This document shows positions 12,821 through 27,150 of a stretch of DNA of 60,066 nucleotides, one piece after another. Location: NCBI RefSeq assembly GCF_004010195.1, contig NC_057718.1, forward strand, positions 20,728,223 to 20,788,288. The letters run 5' to 3'. The stretch's first letter is position 1, and each line of letters opens with the position of its first letter. The notes under the pieces were generated by a model. That model was not told the DNA's origin, ran no database searches, and was given only the letters and a program-made list of their open reading frames with translations. The DNA comes from Chiloscyllium plagiosum (Eukaryota). The position numbers were made by a program, and so were the translations under genes.

Positions 12821-15469
12821 GGGATTAGTGGTTCATGGATGTTGTTATGATCCCAACTGATGGCAAAACTGGACAAATCCGATCCCAGAGTGGAACCCTA
12901 CTTAATAGATTATCAGTTTAATGTTGCTTTTTATTTACCATGGCGGTTAGTCACTAAACATATTCACAAGAGATTGCTAACATATCTTCAACAAAATAAT
13001 GTAGAAATCTACCATACAAAAAGAAAAAAAACACACAAACAATACTGAGACCTGTTTAAATCAGTCTTCTTACACAGCAGAAATAAATATTTAACACTTT
13101 ACCCCAACAACCACCTTATAAATGGTTGAAATCTCCACATTAAAACATGGTTGTAATCGGTTTATTTTTGGAAAAGTTTTGTACATTCACTTTATGCTGT
13201 TTTTTTTTGTAATGTCTCTTCCCAAGAACCTTAAACAAGTCACTAACCTGACTCAATTATTACTTAATGTGTTTCTTAAACTCATGTTTCCTACAGCCTT
13301 GTAAGCATGTCTTCTCTCTGACACCTCAATAGCCCTCTGTTCCATGGGCTTTTCACTTTCTGACATTGAAGGCATTCAGGACTTCTTTTCAGGCCAGAAT
13401 GCTTCGAGACCACTAATAACATCTCTGTTGTTAGCAATCTCTGAATGAATGCACACTGCCAACTTCTTCTGGATTGTTATGACTGTTATTGGTCTCCTGT
13501 CACTAGGCAATAGCATTCTTTTACTCTTTTGCCCCCACCCCACAATGGACTGTTCTACTCAAGAGTTTAAAAATTTAACTACAAATGAACAATACAAATC
13601 TCCAGACAATGCAGTACACTCAAAATAAATCTAAAATAAACTTTTAAAAAGGCCTTTTCCTTCTTAAACCCACAATAAAAATATAATTTCAACTCAAAGC
13701 TGTAAATTTGTTCTTCAAGCTCTCAAACAATAATGAATTACGAATCTTCAGCACATGGTGGACTGACTCTGGAAGAGGAGGTGGTAATTCTCAGCTTCTG
13801 ACTGGCTCTTGCTGTCATAGCATTTATATGCTAGCTCAGTTAAATTTATGGATGTTGTTGGTCATGGATTCAGCTATGGTAATAGCATGGAAATTAAAAA
13901 AAAACTTTTCTCTTGATGGAGATGCTCATTGCCTGGTACTTGTGTTGCGTGAATATTACCTGTCACTTTCAGCCCCCACCCAAAATTTAGAGATTTTACT
14001 GCATGCAGACAGATTTTTTAAAGTATTATAGTACTCTAGGGAAGAATGATTTTAATAAATGATAACACACATTCTGATGGTCATTTACTTCCCACCCCCC
14101 GCAAATAGTAAAGACTGCTTGCATGAAGTTGCATGAATAAAAGTATGTAATTTACAAACAGATTAATGTGCTATGTTTGCAGGTGTAGAATCACATTTTT
14201 CAACAATTTATTTCAAATTGCAATCCCAGTTAAGGCATAGGTTACATGTATTGTGCACACACTCCTATCAATACTGCAAGTCACGGGTTAGCAACATAAG
14301 CTTTTACATTATATATGATTACACACAAAGACAATGAAACAATGCATTACCGTGCCAACACAGAAGTTTCATCTTATTTCTGAAGGTTCTATCATTTATG
14401 CAAGATAATCAATTGTGTGATCATTACTCAACATTATTCAAAACTGAATTTTAAAAATTCAACTAAGATATTAACAGACTAGCAAATACTGTGGATTGAT
14501 TTTGAGGATGTAATTTCATCTCAAGAATTTAGATGCCTGATGAGTTTAGTTCTCATGATTTATAAAATATTGCCTATCAGATTACTGCCTTGCAGTTATT
14601 CCGTGTCATTACGTTCTACATAAGCAATAGAGGTGTCAAGCCATAAAGAATACTTTGAGGTACAAGCATTAAGTGGAAGAGGCTTTAAATGGACTGAAGT
14701 CACTGGGAAGATTAAATTAAAAATACACTGGGGACAATGGTGATGAAGGAGACAAAATATGAATTGCTTTTAAAAGAGTACTTTCAGGTAACCCACAATT
14801 TTAAACCATGAATATGTTTAAAAACCTTCTGAGAATATTGAATTAAATTCTCCATACATATCACGCAAAAAGCATTTCACACGAATAGGTGACAATGGCT
14901 TGGAGACAAGATGCTGCTTCTCAAATGTCGTGCCTTTTAGTATGCAGCTGCTTTTGTAAGTGAGCTAATAAGCAGTTATTTGTCTGAACAAATGATAGTT
15001 CTATTGGATCTGGTTTTAGAAAGAATGATGTTTAATCCAATCATTGCCACTTTTGCATTGGATTCTAAACCTGCTGCACAATTAAGGAGAAAAAGTATTT
15101 CCTTTGTCTATAAAATGAAAAATATTTAGGATCTGATATCAATTTGACAGTCATTGTTTGAAATATTTGTACCCATTTATTTCTAATCAAAGATCAAACA
15201 GCTGATTAGGACTTCAGGCTTCAGATATTACGAAAGAGAGCACCTTAGAGTAACATAATACCACAAAATTAAAATTTATAATGAAGTTTACAGAATTCTT
15301 CAAAGTATTTTTAATCTTGATCAAGTTATTAAAACCCCAGAAAACCACAAAGTGGTCAATTTCCATTTCAATTAGTTTCAAAATGGAAAGGCAGAAGAAT
15401 GAACAGGAAACTAAAGATGAAAACTGTGCAGTGATGTTTTACAGTTCTTTATTTGCTTATGGGATCTGT

Positions 15470-16200
15470 GCGTTGATGGGTAGGCCAGTAGTCATCACTA
15501 TTCCCAACTACCCTCAAGAAGTTATGGCAAGCAACTTTTGAGAAGCGTTGTAATCCATGTGGATTAGTTACACCCACCTCGCTAATACAAGGGTGTCCTA
15601 AATTTTTGATCCATCAACAGCGAAGGAACAGTGATTTAGCTCCAAGTTAAGATCGTGTGTGGCTTGAAGGTGAACTTGCATTTGATGGCTTTCCCATGTA
15701 TTTGCTATCATTGTCATTCAAGGTGGTAGGGGTCATAGATTTGGCTGCTGAAAAAACCTTCATGAGTTACCGCACTGCATGTTGTTGTTGGCACAGTGAC
15801 AGAAGTGTGTGCCAGCATAGGAGCGTGAATGCTTAAGGTGGTTGAAATCCATAAGGAAACACCAGCTTAAATAAAAACTTAATGCTTGGAAATAAACATA
15901 CTGGTTTTACTGGACCTTTATTTTGAATAATACAAGACTGATTCAGAACAGTATGCCTCATTTGCTAGTTTTATTGTTTTTTTCCCTTGTGAGTGAAGTG
16001 CCTATTAATTTTATACTGCTTTTTTAAACTGGATGGTGTTGAGCTAGAGTGTCATTGAAACTATATTCATTCAGGCAAGGGGAGAATATCCCATTGCACT
16101 CTTGACTTAGGACTTAGAGAGGGTGAATAAGCATTTAGGAATGAGGTGGTAAGCTAACTGTTATAGAATTCCTGGCACTGACCTCACCATGTAATTGCAG
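15470..16200 (-). mobile_element. L2/CR1-group LINE 3' fragment, interrupted at ~15850-16030
   Basis: Homologous to 48055-48650 and to the reverse complement of 16550-16950 (ccaagt...gtgtgtggcttgaaggtgaacttgca...ggtggtaggggtc). Confidence 0.6.
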
Positions 16201-16339
16201 TGTTTATGATTTGTCCAGTTCAGTTTCTAGTCATCGATATTTCCCAGGATGTTTGCCATGCATGATTCTGTGATAGCTTTGCTGAATTCTCCCACATCCT
16301 GATAGTCAGTAGACATGAGAGAGTTGGAGATTGTTTTGG

Positions 16340-16950
16340 CACCAGGTTGACCGTCTTGAGCTGCTTTATCAATGACCTTTCCTCCATCATAATGTCAGAA
16401 GTGGGGATGTCTACTGATGATTGTGTAATGTTCAGCATTATTTGTATTTCCTCAGATGCTGAAGCAGTTCATGACCAAATGCAGCAAAATCTGGACAATA
16501 TTCAGATTTGGGTTAACAAATAGCAACTAACATGTCAATAGCATTCAAACAGCTCGACACCATCCAGGACAAAGCAGCCCTTTGATTGGAACCACATCCA
16601 CAACATCCACTCCTCCATCACCAACACACTTGTGCACCATTCCTAAACTGCACTGCAGAAATTCACTAAGACTCTTAAGATAGCACCATTCAAACCCACA
16701 ACCATTATCACCTAGAAGGACAAGGGCATAGATACCACCATCTGCAAATGCCCCTCCTAGCCACTCACCACACTGACTTGGAAATAAAGCATAGCTTTTT
16801 CAGTGTCACTGGGTCAAAATCCTGGAACTTCCTGCTTAATGGCTCCCAAGGACTTCTTTAGGTGGCTCGTCACCATCTTATCAATAGCAATCAGGGATGG
16901 GCAATAAATGCTTGTCAAGCCAGCAATGGCCAAATTCCATAAGTGAATTT
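16340..16950 (+). mobile_element. L2/CR1-group LINE RT C-terminal fragment and 3' end
   Basis: Translates SCFINDLSSIIMSEVGMSTDDCVMFSII (RT xADD region) and MQQNLDNIQIW. 3' end gggatgggcaataaatgct. Confidence 0.7.
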
Positions 16951-17320
16951 AAGATGATTCTCAAACACTAAATCACTGTACTACTGATTGGTAATAAGTG
17001 TCATCAACCAATCAAACAAACTGCAATGTTGGGGGTACTTTAAGCATACAGACTACTGCACTCCAAGAAGAATATCCAATAGCACCTTCTCAAGAGCAAC
17101 TAGACATGGGCAATAAAGGCAGAGTGCAATTGCTGTCCGCACCAAGACATATCTTTTAAACAGCAGCTGCCATTTAAGTGGACAGAAGATGCCTAATAAA
17201 AACTGAAAGTGCGAAAGAAACTCAGCAGTTCTGGAAGAATCCTTGGAAACAGTAACAGAGTTGGCATCCAATATGACTCTTTTTTGGAATTGAATTTCTG
17301 AGTTGATCTGCAGTACTTTG

Positions 17321-17650
17321 ATTAGATTAGATTAGATTACCTATAGTATGGAAACAGACCCTTCAGCCCAATAAGTCCACATTGACCCTCCGAAGAGTAA
17401 CCCACCCAGACCCATTCCCCTACCCTGTACGGACCCCTGACTAATGCACCTATAGGCAATTTAGCATGGTTAATTCACCTGATCTACACATCTTGGATTA
17501 TGGGAGGAAACCAGAATACTCAGAGGAAATCCATGCAGACACGGGGAGAATGTGCAAACTCTACACAGACAGTCACCCAAGGCAAGAATTGAACCCATGT
17601 CCCTGGCACTGTGAGGTAGCAGTGCTAACCATTGAGCCACCATGCCACCC
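17321..17650 (-). mobile_element. HE1 SINE, intermediate-age copy
   Basis: (ATTAG)n tail, gggaggaaacc...gcagacacggggagaatgtgcaaactc core and gaattgaaccc B-box complement. Confidence 0.9.
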
Positions 17651-18584
17651 TAAAGACTTTAAGTTTTAAATTATGTGCCTCACAATACAAATAAAAGAAG
17701 AATGGGCCATAAAGATGATTTAGCTTTTACAAGATACCATAATGCAGTTCTAAAGAATGCTTACACTCGCCTAGCCGGCATTACACTCTAATCAGAATCA
17801 AACAACAATTAACTGCTCATTCAGTTATTTTGTTGTTTGTAGGGCTTTGCTGAGTTAAACAGGTTGCATGTTGATTTCTAGCTCTGCATGAACAATGTTT
17901 CAAAGCCTACAAATCAGTTGCCGACCATTGAGATATCATGCGGATGTAAGGCATTATATTAATACAAGGTTGATTTATTTGGTCTGAGTAACTTTGACAC
18001 TACTGACAGAGTCAGAAATAAGACACCCAAATTGAAACTGTATGATCGTGCTAATGTGAAAAATTACAGAAGAACAAGCTATAGGCGGGGAGCATGGGAG
18101 GATGCTTGCTTACAGCATAAGCACTAACATGGGCTAATTGAGTTGAATAGCTTGCTTCTTTGATGTGTATTGATGTCTATCTTCATTCCTCACTTCAACT
18201 AAGTTGGCTGATCTCAGGAGAGCTCGAATTAGTGGTGGTAGTCCACCTGAGAGAGGGAAGCCCCCATTCTTGACCAAAGTTCAATAGATGCAAGTGGGTG
18301 AGTGTAAATGTACGCAAGTATGTTTCCAATCGGCTGTTAGTATAGTTTTGCTGGTCTCCGTACATAATCCTGGCTCACAAACTGTCCTTATATATTAGGA
18401 ACAAAAATTTGCATGAAGGATTGTTGAACATTGCAATGAAGGGATTCTGCATTCTAGAGAACAACACCAAATGTAAGTTACAGTCTTTAGGAATGGCGAG
18501 GCTAATAAAGTTGCTTCCAGCATTGTTTGTTAAATTCTCCAGCATACACAATGTCTCATAAACCATGTTTGAAGAATTTCAGAT

Positions 18585-18700
18585 TCATGTTTTGGAGGGA
18601 TATGGCCAGGAACAGGTAGGTGGGACTAGTTTAGTTTGGGATTATGCTTGGCATGGACCGGTTGAACCGAACGGTCTGTTTCTATGCTGTGTGACTCTGA
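18585..18700 (+). mobile_element. CR1 3' terminal fragment
   Basis: ttggagggatatggcc...gtgggactag...gaccgaacggtctgtttctatgctgtgtgactct matches the CR1 3' UTR at 46705-46822. Confidence 0.75.
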
Positions 18701-21224
18701 GTAAAACACTAAACTGTTCTAATTGATTCCCTGATTCTAGATCATGACAGTGTAATATTGCAATCCTGGCACATTACTTTTCAACTATACAATTAAACAT
18801 CTTCTAGATGGCATGCATCTTTAGTGAACCCAAAATTATCAGTCAATGCCAAATGGGCAGGTACAGACTACCTACAATTAACACAATACATGTACTTTAT
18901 GAAATGCCAGTCATTCAATCATGTAAAGTTTTGAAAAGAGTATCCAAATAAGCTTCCTGCACAAAATTATTTAAGCAACCAAAGTCAAATACAATATGAA
19001 CCCCAAATCAAAAGTCATTGTTCCTACTTTCACTCAACTGTATGGAAAACCATTTTGCTTTGCAGTGCCGATCCAACAAAACGCTTACCTCACAGTCACT
19101 AGGGATCCCTGCTCCCACAAGATCACCGTTTTGTTAGAATGCTACACTGCTTAAAGGCTGGAAACAAAATATATGTTTGTGTAGGACTTCCCTGGAGTGC
19201 ATCAACATGCATTATCAAGAGTATTTGTTGTTGATGTGCTAAACACACCTGAGAACAGCATATCTACTTCCCCATCTGAAGCACAGCTACAGTAGATCAC
19301 TTGGGATAGTATTAACTGGCGCTGCACAGGCTCTATTTTGAGAAACTGCGACTGTATCCAAGTAATAGAACATGACCAGACATATCCAAGTAACTCTCTA
19401 AAATTCCCCACAGGTACAATTATTTGGTTATTCACTTTCAGGTTGTGCGAGTGTTAACTCATTAAGTGGGTATAAACTTGAACTCTTTGTCACATCAATA
19501 ACCTTCTCACTTGAGTCCCTCCAAGAAAAAAAAATTAAAAAGGGAAAGAAAGGCTACTTAGATATTTTCCAATTGTATTACAATGTGATAATTTATAATA
19601 TAGTAATATTGCAAGAATATCCTAGTCTCCTGTTTATAAAGTGCTGCATTGAGATGTTTTATTGCAGTATTTCAGAGACTGTGATAAGCAACCATTGCAA
19701 ATGTACTTGCACTAGATTCGCAATATCATCATATTTGTAACCTGCAGTATGAAATGCCAGATTAGTACTATTTGGATAGATTGCAATGTCATACTGTAAT
19801 AGTTAAACATTGTGGTAACAATAGTATTACACTGTCTTCCTGCTGTCAAATCATATGATGTGAATATTACTGATAAGATGAGCAGTTGTTGCTCATTCGT
19901 AGTTACTGTGAGGTGGTGATTGATGTGTAGGGCCAGGCATGGGTAATGAACCGATACAACGAGTGCTTGCTTGGTCATTTTGGCAATACTTAGGCAAAGT
20001 TGAGCATGTCACCAGAGTTCTAAATAGGTCAGACCAGTCAAGGACAGCAAGTTTCCTTGCCTACAGAATCATGAACGTTTCTTAAAAATAAGCAACAACC
20101 CAACACTGATACCAACAAGACATCAGATATCTAAAACTGAATTTAAGCTGCCGAACTGCCATGGTAGGATAAGATTTGAATAATTTCTTTGATTCATCAG
20201 GCCAGAACTCTAGATTGCTTGTCCATAACATTGCCACCAGATGACCATACTACACTTACGGCATAAAATGTGGAACTGTTCCAGTGACATGTAATTTGGA
20301 AGAGGAAATTTTAATCAGCAACAGTGACTCATTTACAAAACAAGAAGTCAAAAGCTATGAGTTATAGGAAATTAATACTTTAGTGGTTTTTTTAATAAAT
20401 ATCAATTTAGCATGTTTAAAAATATGCTCACATGAGTAATGCAAAGTGCATTAAGAATTGCTTCTGCACCCAAATTCCAAATGAATTTAAAAGGGAATGG
20501 GGAGTCAAGTCTGATTTAAAGAGAGCTTAATCTACCTGTTGTGACAAAATACACAAGAATATTAAATTAAACCATATTGCTTGAAGTCAAACAAATGGGT
20601 TTTCCTCGCTCAATAAAAAAAACAGTACTGCTTGCTTACGTTGTCTTTATTAGCTTAAAAACATAATAGTAATAAAGAAATCAGTTGCAGCAAATGTATA
20701 GTAATTTAGTTAACTTTCATGGAACAAGGGATTGATTCCATTGCTAATTGTATTTAAGAAGTCTTGTTTTACTGTTGATTTGAACTAACTGGATCATGGC
20801 ATGAATTTTTTAAAAAGCATAAAGAGCATGAATGAGTCAGTTGCAGCCTCATTCTGATGGTGTTGGTTTGGTGACTCAGACACCAAGAGAATTCCCTGCT
20901 TTCCCCAAATACTGCCCAAAACTGTCTTATTCCGAAGACAATGGCCAACAACGTCCATGGAGATTCTTCTGCTCTCCTGCTGCAACACTGATGAAAGATG
21001 ATCAGAATCTTGGACAAATTGTGTAGTTACTTACACTAATCCAACAGACCTTTTGCCAAAGTTGCTGCAGTAAATCAGGAACTGCCACGGAGATTTCAGC
21101 TCAATCTCAAACAAAGTTGAAATACTAGCTTATGTAATTTTCAACTGGCAAACTGTAACTATTGTTGGAGTCTCAATTATTTACTACCTATTGACTTGAA
21201 TGACAGAACAATTTACATTACAGT

Positions 21225-21950
21225 CAAATTTGCTGATGATCTAAGGATAGGTAGCAAAGCTAGTTCTGAGCAGGATACAAACAGACTGCTAAGGGAAAAA
21301 GATTGATCAAGTTGGCAGATTACGTATAATATGAGGAAATGAGATTGTTCAGTTCAGCAGAAAGAAAGAAAGGGCTGAATTTTATTTAAATCTAAAAAAT
21401 GTTGCTGTATAGATACATGATTCACAAAAGGTAAGCATGCAGGAACAGGAAGTATTTAGGAAGCCAGTTTTGCAAAGGGAATGAGGAGTCAAGTCTTATT
21501 TAAAGAGAGTTTAATTGAAGGCAATTCAGAGTAAGTTTACCAGGTTTATTCCTTCTATGAAGAAAGGTTAAGCAAGTTGGATCTTTAGATTGGGGGGTTA
21601 GAAAAAAAGAGGTGATCTGATTGAAGCATATTTTATTCTGAAGGACACTGACAGGGTAAAAGCTGTGAGGATGCTTCCCCTCACAGGGTATCCTAAAAAG
21701 AGGGTGCAAAACTTTGAAACACAGGCCATCCCATTATGACAGAGATGAGGAGATATTTAATCTCTCTGTGTTATTAATATTGGAAATGTTCTTCTAGATA
21801 GACAGCAATAAAACTGAGTTACAGGGAAATTACAGGTGGGGTGGGGGGAGTGGGGGATGGATGGTACAAGAAAGTAAGTAAAGGCAAGGTCCACAATTAC
21901 AATAACTATAAATTTTGTTGAATAGCAGAGCAGGCTATCATATTTCACTA
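21225..21950 (+). mobile_element. Highly decayed CR1 RT/3' fragment
   Basis: aaatttgctgatgat (KFADD), tggcagat...tataat and agaggtgatctgattgaagcatat (RGDLIEAY). Confidence 0.65.
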
Positions 21951-22629
21951 GTTCTGATCATATGCCCAAATCCAAACTGACTCAGAACCAAGACTGCCAG
22001 CATTGCGTCAAGCTGATACTGCAAACATGTAAAAAAATCTCTTCCACCCTATGCTGGCATGTGGTCTCCTCCACAATAATTATGCAGCTGAGCAACTTTG
22101 AGACATTTCCCAAGCGAAACAGATCATATTCAACCTCTACCTGGAGCTAGGGTAATATAAAGCATGTAGCAGTCTGTGTGAGGGTCACAGAGTGACGTTC
22201 ACCAGCTCCATTAGGTACCCAAAAATCTCAGATGTGGCCAAAGACATGGCTTGTTTTTCTGCAAGATGCTATTCAGGTAAAAAGAGAAAGCATGCCTTGA
22301 GTCAACAGAATATTACTATTGCAGTTGAATGACATTTAAATTGCCTGCTTTTGCACAATGAAGAGGCTACACAGCATTTTGATGGCACAAAATGATAGTG
22401 GTTTGTTTAGTTCTATTTATTTGTTGCTCTTTGACAAGTCATTGCCAAGGATTTTGAGTGATACTTACAAATTTATTAAACTTTTACTGAACTTTTGTTG
22501 TTGGATAGTTGAAGAGAATTTTTGAAACACTTGGGAGATCCATTATTCAACAGTTATCCCAGGGATTCTCTGGGGATTACCGAAAAAAAGAGTAATTGCT
22601 ATGCTATCATACCTGATTGGACATCTTAT

Positions 22630-24485
22630 TGGAGTCACCTCATTGAAATTTTTGAAGAGGTGATTAAAACAGTGGGTAGGGAATGCTTGTGGATGTTGTT
22701 ATTATAGATTTCCAGAAGGTATTTGATCAAGTTCCACGAACACAATTAACTAAGTTGGAAGCATATGGAATTGAGGGCAAATTGCTGACATAGCCAGGAA
22801 ACTGTTTAAATGAGTTGACAGAAATTAAGGATAATGGGTAGAAACACAAGACTAAGGTATTCCACAAGAACCTGTGTTAGAGCCTCAGTTATTCATGTTA
22901 TTTATTGATAACTTGGGATAATGGGATAGTATGTCATATGTTCAAATTTTCTGATGACAAATTATGTGGTATTGTAGACAGTGTAGATCTGGTCGACATG
23001 ATGGTCAAGAAAGCACAACAATGTCGCTACTTTCTCAGGAAGCTAAGGATATTTGGCATATCCAAAAAGACTCTTCATTTTTTTTAGATGCACCATAGAA
23101 AGCGTCCTATCTGGCTATATCACAGTGTGGTATGGCAACTGCCCTTCCCAAGACTGCAAAAACTATAGAGTCGTAAACACAGTCCAGTCCATCACGCAAA
23201 GTAGACTTCCATTCACTGAGTCCATCTATACTTCCTGCTGCCTCTGGAAAGCAAGCCACATAATTGAAGACACCTTCCACTCTCCACCGTTGGGCAGAAG
23301 ACATAAAAGTTGGAATGCATGCATAAACAGATTCAAAAACAGCTTCTTCACTGCTGTTTTCAGACTTTTGAATCAACCTCTCAAATGTTAATTCAGATCT
23401 CTCTATCTCTACGGCTGTAACACTGTATTCTGCACTCTGTTCTGCTACCTTAATGCACTTTGGATGGTATATCCTGCCAGTATAGCACACAAAACAACAC
23501 TTTTCACTGTATCTTGGTACATATGAAAACAATAAATCAAACTCAGATGATAGTAGAAGATTACAAAGGGATATTGATAGACTATGTGAATGGACAAAAC
23601 TGACAGATGGGGTTCAATACAAGCAAGTATTGAGGTTAATGGGACTAGTTCAGTTTGGGAAACCTGGTCAGCATGGATTATTTGGAACAAAGTGTCTATT
23701 TCCTTGTTGTATGAATTTTTGGATGATAAAAGACAGATCAGGGTATTTGTAAGAAGTTGAACACAGTGGATATCCACTGAGACTTTGGGGGGGGGGGGGG
23801 GGGGAAGAGTTGATGCATGGATCTTTAAAATGCCACAAACCGGTGCAGAAAATAATCAAGATAGATAATGGAATGCTAGCTTTAAATCTAGAAGACTGGA
23901 GTATAAGGATGCACAAGTTGTGCTGCAAGTATACAGAACCATGGTTAGACCTCACTTGGAGTACTATGAGCAGATCTGAGCACCACAATTTAGGAAGGAT
24001 ATACTGGCCTTTGAGGGAGTATGAAGTAGGCTTACACAAATGATAACTGGACTTCAGGGGTTATGAGAAGAGATTAACACAAATTGGGCCTGTTTCCACT
24101 AGAACTTAAAAGGTTAAAGAGTGATTTAATTTAAGACTTTAAGATATTAACAGGAAAAGGCAGAGTAGATAAAGCATTTCCACTGATTGAATATTCTAGA
24201 AGTGGGGGCAAAGGAGGAGTAGTCTTGAGAATTAGAACCAAATCATACAGGAGAGGTGCTTCTACACACAAAATTTGGTAAATGTTTGGAACTCTCTTGT
24301 ACAGATGGTAGTTGATACTGGATCAGTTGTTAATTGTAAATTTGACATACATAAATTTTTGTTAAGCAAGTATTGAGGGATATGGGCAAGTAAATGGGGT
24401 AAGGCCAATAGGTCAGCATCATCGCATTGAATGTCAGAGCAGGCTCAAGGGGCTGAATGGCCTACTCCATTTCCTGTGCTCCTAC
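22630..24485 (+). mobile_element. Decayed CR1 RT fragment with nested insertions
   Basis: LIEIFEEV, DFQKVFDQVP, FKFSDD, VRPHLEY and RGDLI remnants. 3' end ggctcaaggggctgaatggcctactcc. Contains a Rex1-like insert and a short CR1 tail (~23638-23715). Confidence 0.75.
22990..23545 (+). mobile_element. Rex1/Babar-type non-LTR retrotransposon 3' fragment
   Basis: Translates VKKAQQCRYFLRKLRIFG / FRCTIESVLSGYITVWYGNC ... RFKNSFF.A.FRLLN, the characteristic C-terminal region of Rex1/Babar-like RTs. aataaa near the 3' end (23531). Confidence 0.75.
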
Positions 24486-25234
24486 ATCACCAGAAGAAAT
24501 AGACTGCTTGATAGTTGACATGGTTCTAGGAGGACCAGAAGAGTCAGCTGATACAAGAAACTGGGTTGGGGTGGGGTGGGGTGCAGGTAAGAACAGGAGG
24601 ATGAGTCAACACTTTTCACCATGAACAACGTCCCTTCACTTCTGGACCTCTTCAATTAGAATAGCGTTTGCCTTTCCTAAGGACATGCATCCCCCTCTCC
24701 CAAGGCGCAAGCCATCCAAAAACTGTTGCGTCGGTCATGGCACTCTTCAGTGGATGTGGGTGAGTTGGCCCATGTGTACTGAATGAAATTTACTTCTAAC
24801 AGCATTTGAGTGTTGTGGTAGTGCCTCCAGGCAAATTTAAATTATGATATTCACTTATACCTAAAATTGCATTTTGAAACAAATCTCCGAATAGGCATGC
24901 CATTATAGAACAACACCCATTTAGCCTTTGTTTTAATTTTTTAAAATGAAAATAAGCAACAATATCATAAAATGATACAATACTAAAAAAGTAATTTTGC
25001 CCTTAATGCCAGAGGTGGCTCCTCGGTAGGATTATCAAATGAAATGCATGACCTTGCTCTTTCCGCATAGTCCTGGACAATTGTTTTCCTTCAAACATTT
25101 ATATAATTTTCTTTTGAATTCAACTATCAAACCAGCTACAATTACCTTTCAGATATTCTAGACCACAACATCTAGCTGCATAAAAATCTGTTTCTTTTGC
25201 AAATCACTGACAGTATGTTCCCATGCATGTGAAG

Positions 25235-27150
25235 GTCAAGGTTGATAGGTGTAGGGAATGCTGGATGACTAGAAAAACTGAGGCTATAGTCAATTAAAAG
25301 AAGGAAGTATATATCAGGAATAGAAGAGCGAATCTCCAGAAGGAGATATGAGGCAGTAGGAGTATACTTAAGAGGGAAGCCCAGGAGGAGAAAATGGGGA
25401 TAAGAGATAACTTCGGTAAACAGAGTTACGGAGAATCCAAAGATATTCTATAAATACATTAAGGGCAAAAGAGTAACTAGGAAGAGAATAGAGCCCCTTA
25501 AGGTTTAGCATGGCTATTTACGTGGAACCACAGGAGAGGGGTGAGATACTAAATAAATAGTGTCAGCATTTACTGAGGATAAGGACTTGGAAGCCAGGCA
25601 ACTTGGGGAATTAAATACTGATGGCCTGAAAATATTTCATATTACCGAGGTGGTGATGGTGAAGATCTTAAAATGCATAGAGCTAAATAAACACTCGGGA
25701 CCTGATCAGGTATACCCCAGAACTTTGCGGGAAGTTAGGGAAGAGATTGCTGGGCCCCTTGCTGAGATATTTGCGTCATCAATAGCTATGGCTGTAGTGC
25801 CCGATGACTGGCAGTTGGCTAACGTGGTGCCATTATTTAAGAAAAGCCATGCAACTATAGATTGGCGAGCCTTACATCAGTGGTGGGTAAGCTGTTGGAG
25901 TGGATTCTGAGGGACAGGAATTACATTTGGGAGGCAAGGACTGATCAGGAAGAGTCAGCATGGTTTTGTGCTTGGGAAATTGTGTATCACTAACTTGGTT
26001 GAGCTTCATGAAGAGGTGACAAGAAGATTGAAGAAGGCAGAGTGGTGGACATTGTCTATATGGATTTTAGCAAAGCATTCGACAACGTTCTTCAGGGTAG
26101 ACTGATTGGTAAGGTTGGATCACATGGGATCCAAGCAGAGCTAGCGAAGTGGATACAAAATTGGCTTGAAGGTAGGTGGGTGGTGGTGGTAGAGGGTTGC
26201 TCTTCAGACTGGAGGCCTGTGACTGGTGGCGTGCCACAAGGATCAGTGTTGGGTCCACTGCTTTTCATCATTTATATAAATGATTTGGATGTGAATATAT
26301 GAAGCATGGTTAGCAAGTTTGCAGATGGCACCAAATAGTTGGTGTAGTAGGCAGTGAAGAAGATTATCTCAGATTACAACTGGACCAGTGGGCCAGTAGG
26401 CTGAGGAATGACTGATGGAATTTAATTTAGATAAGTGTGAGGTGTTGCATTTTGGTAATGCAAATCAGGGCAGGACAGTTAATGGCAGGGCCCTGGGGAA
26501 TGTTGCCAAACAAAGAGACCTAAGGGTGCATAGTTTCTTGAAAGTGGAGTCTCAAATAGGGTGGTGAAGACGACATTTGGCACACTTGTCTTCATTGGTT
26601 ATAACACTGAGTGTAAGAGTTGGGATGTCATGTTGCAACTGTATAGGATATTAGTGAGGCCACTTTTGGAATACGGTGTACAATTCTGGTTGCCCTTCTA
26701 TGGAAGGATGTTGTCAAACTTGGAAGGGTGCAGAAAAGACTTGCAAGGATATTGCCAGGACTAGAGGGTTTGAACAGGCTTGGGGTTTTTTCCCTGGAGC
26801 TTCAGAGACTGAAGGGTGACATTATAGAGGTTTATAAAATCATGAGCAAAGGTCTATTGAATAGGGCGGCGGAACCCAAAACTAGATGGCATAGATCTAA
26901 GGTGAAATGGGAAAGATTTAAAAAGGACCCGAGGGATAAATTTTTCATGTGAAGCATGGCGTGTGTATGGAATAAGCAGTTACAGGAAGTGGCGGAGGCA
27001 GGTACAATGACAATATTTAAAAGACATCTGGATGGATACATGAATAGGAAGGTTTTAGAGGGATATGGGCCAAATGCTGGTAATGGGACTAAGTCAGATT
27101 GGAATATCTGGTCAAAGGGTCTGTTTCTGTGCTGTAGAACTCCATGACAT
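25235..27150 (+). mobile_element. CR1/HER1 LINE, 5'-truncated, disrupted RT
   Basis: ORF-track remnants [51 protein letters not shown] and LVRPLLEY. 3' tail ctgtttctgtgctgtagaactccatga. Confidence 0.92.
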
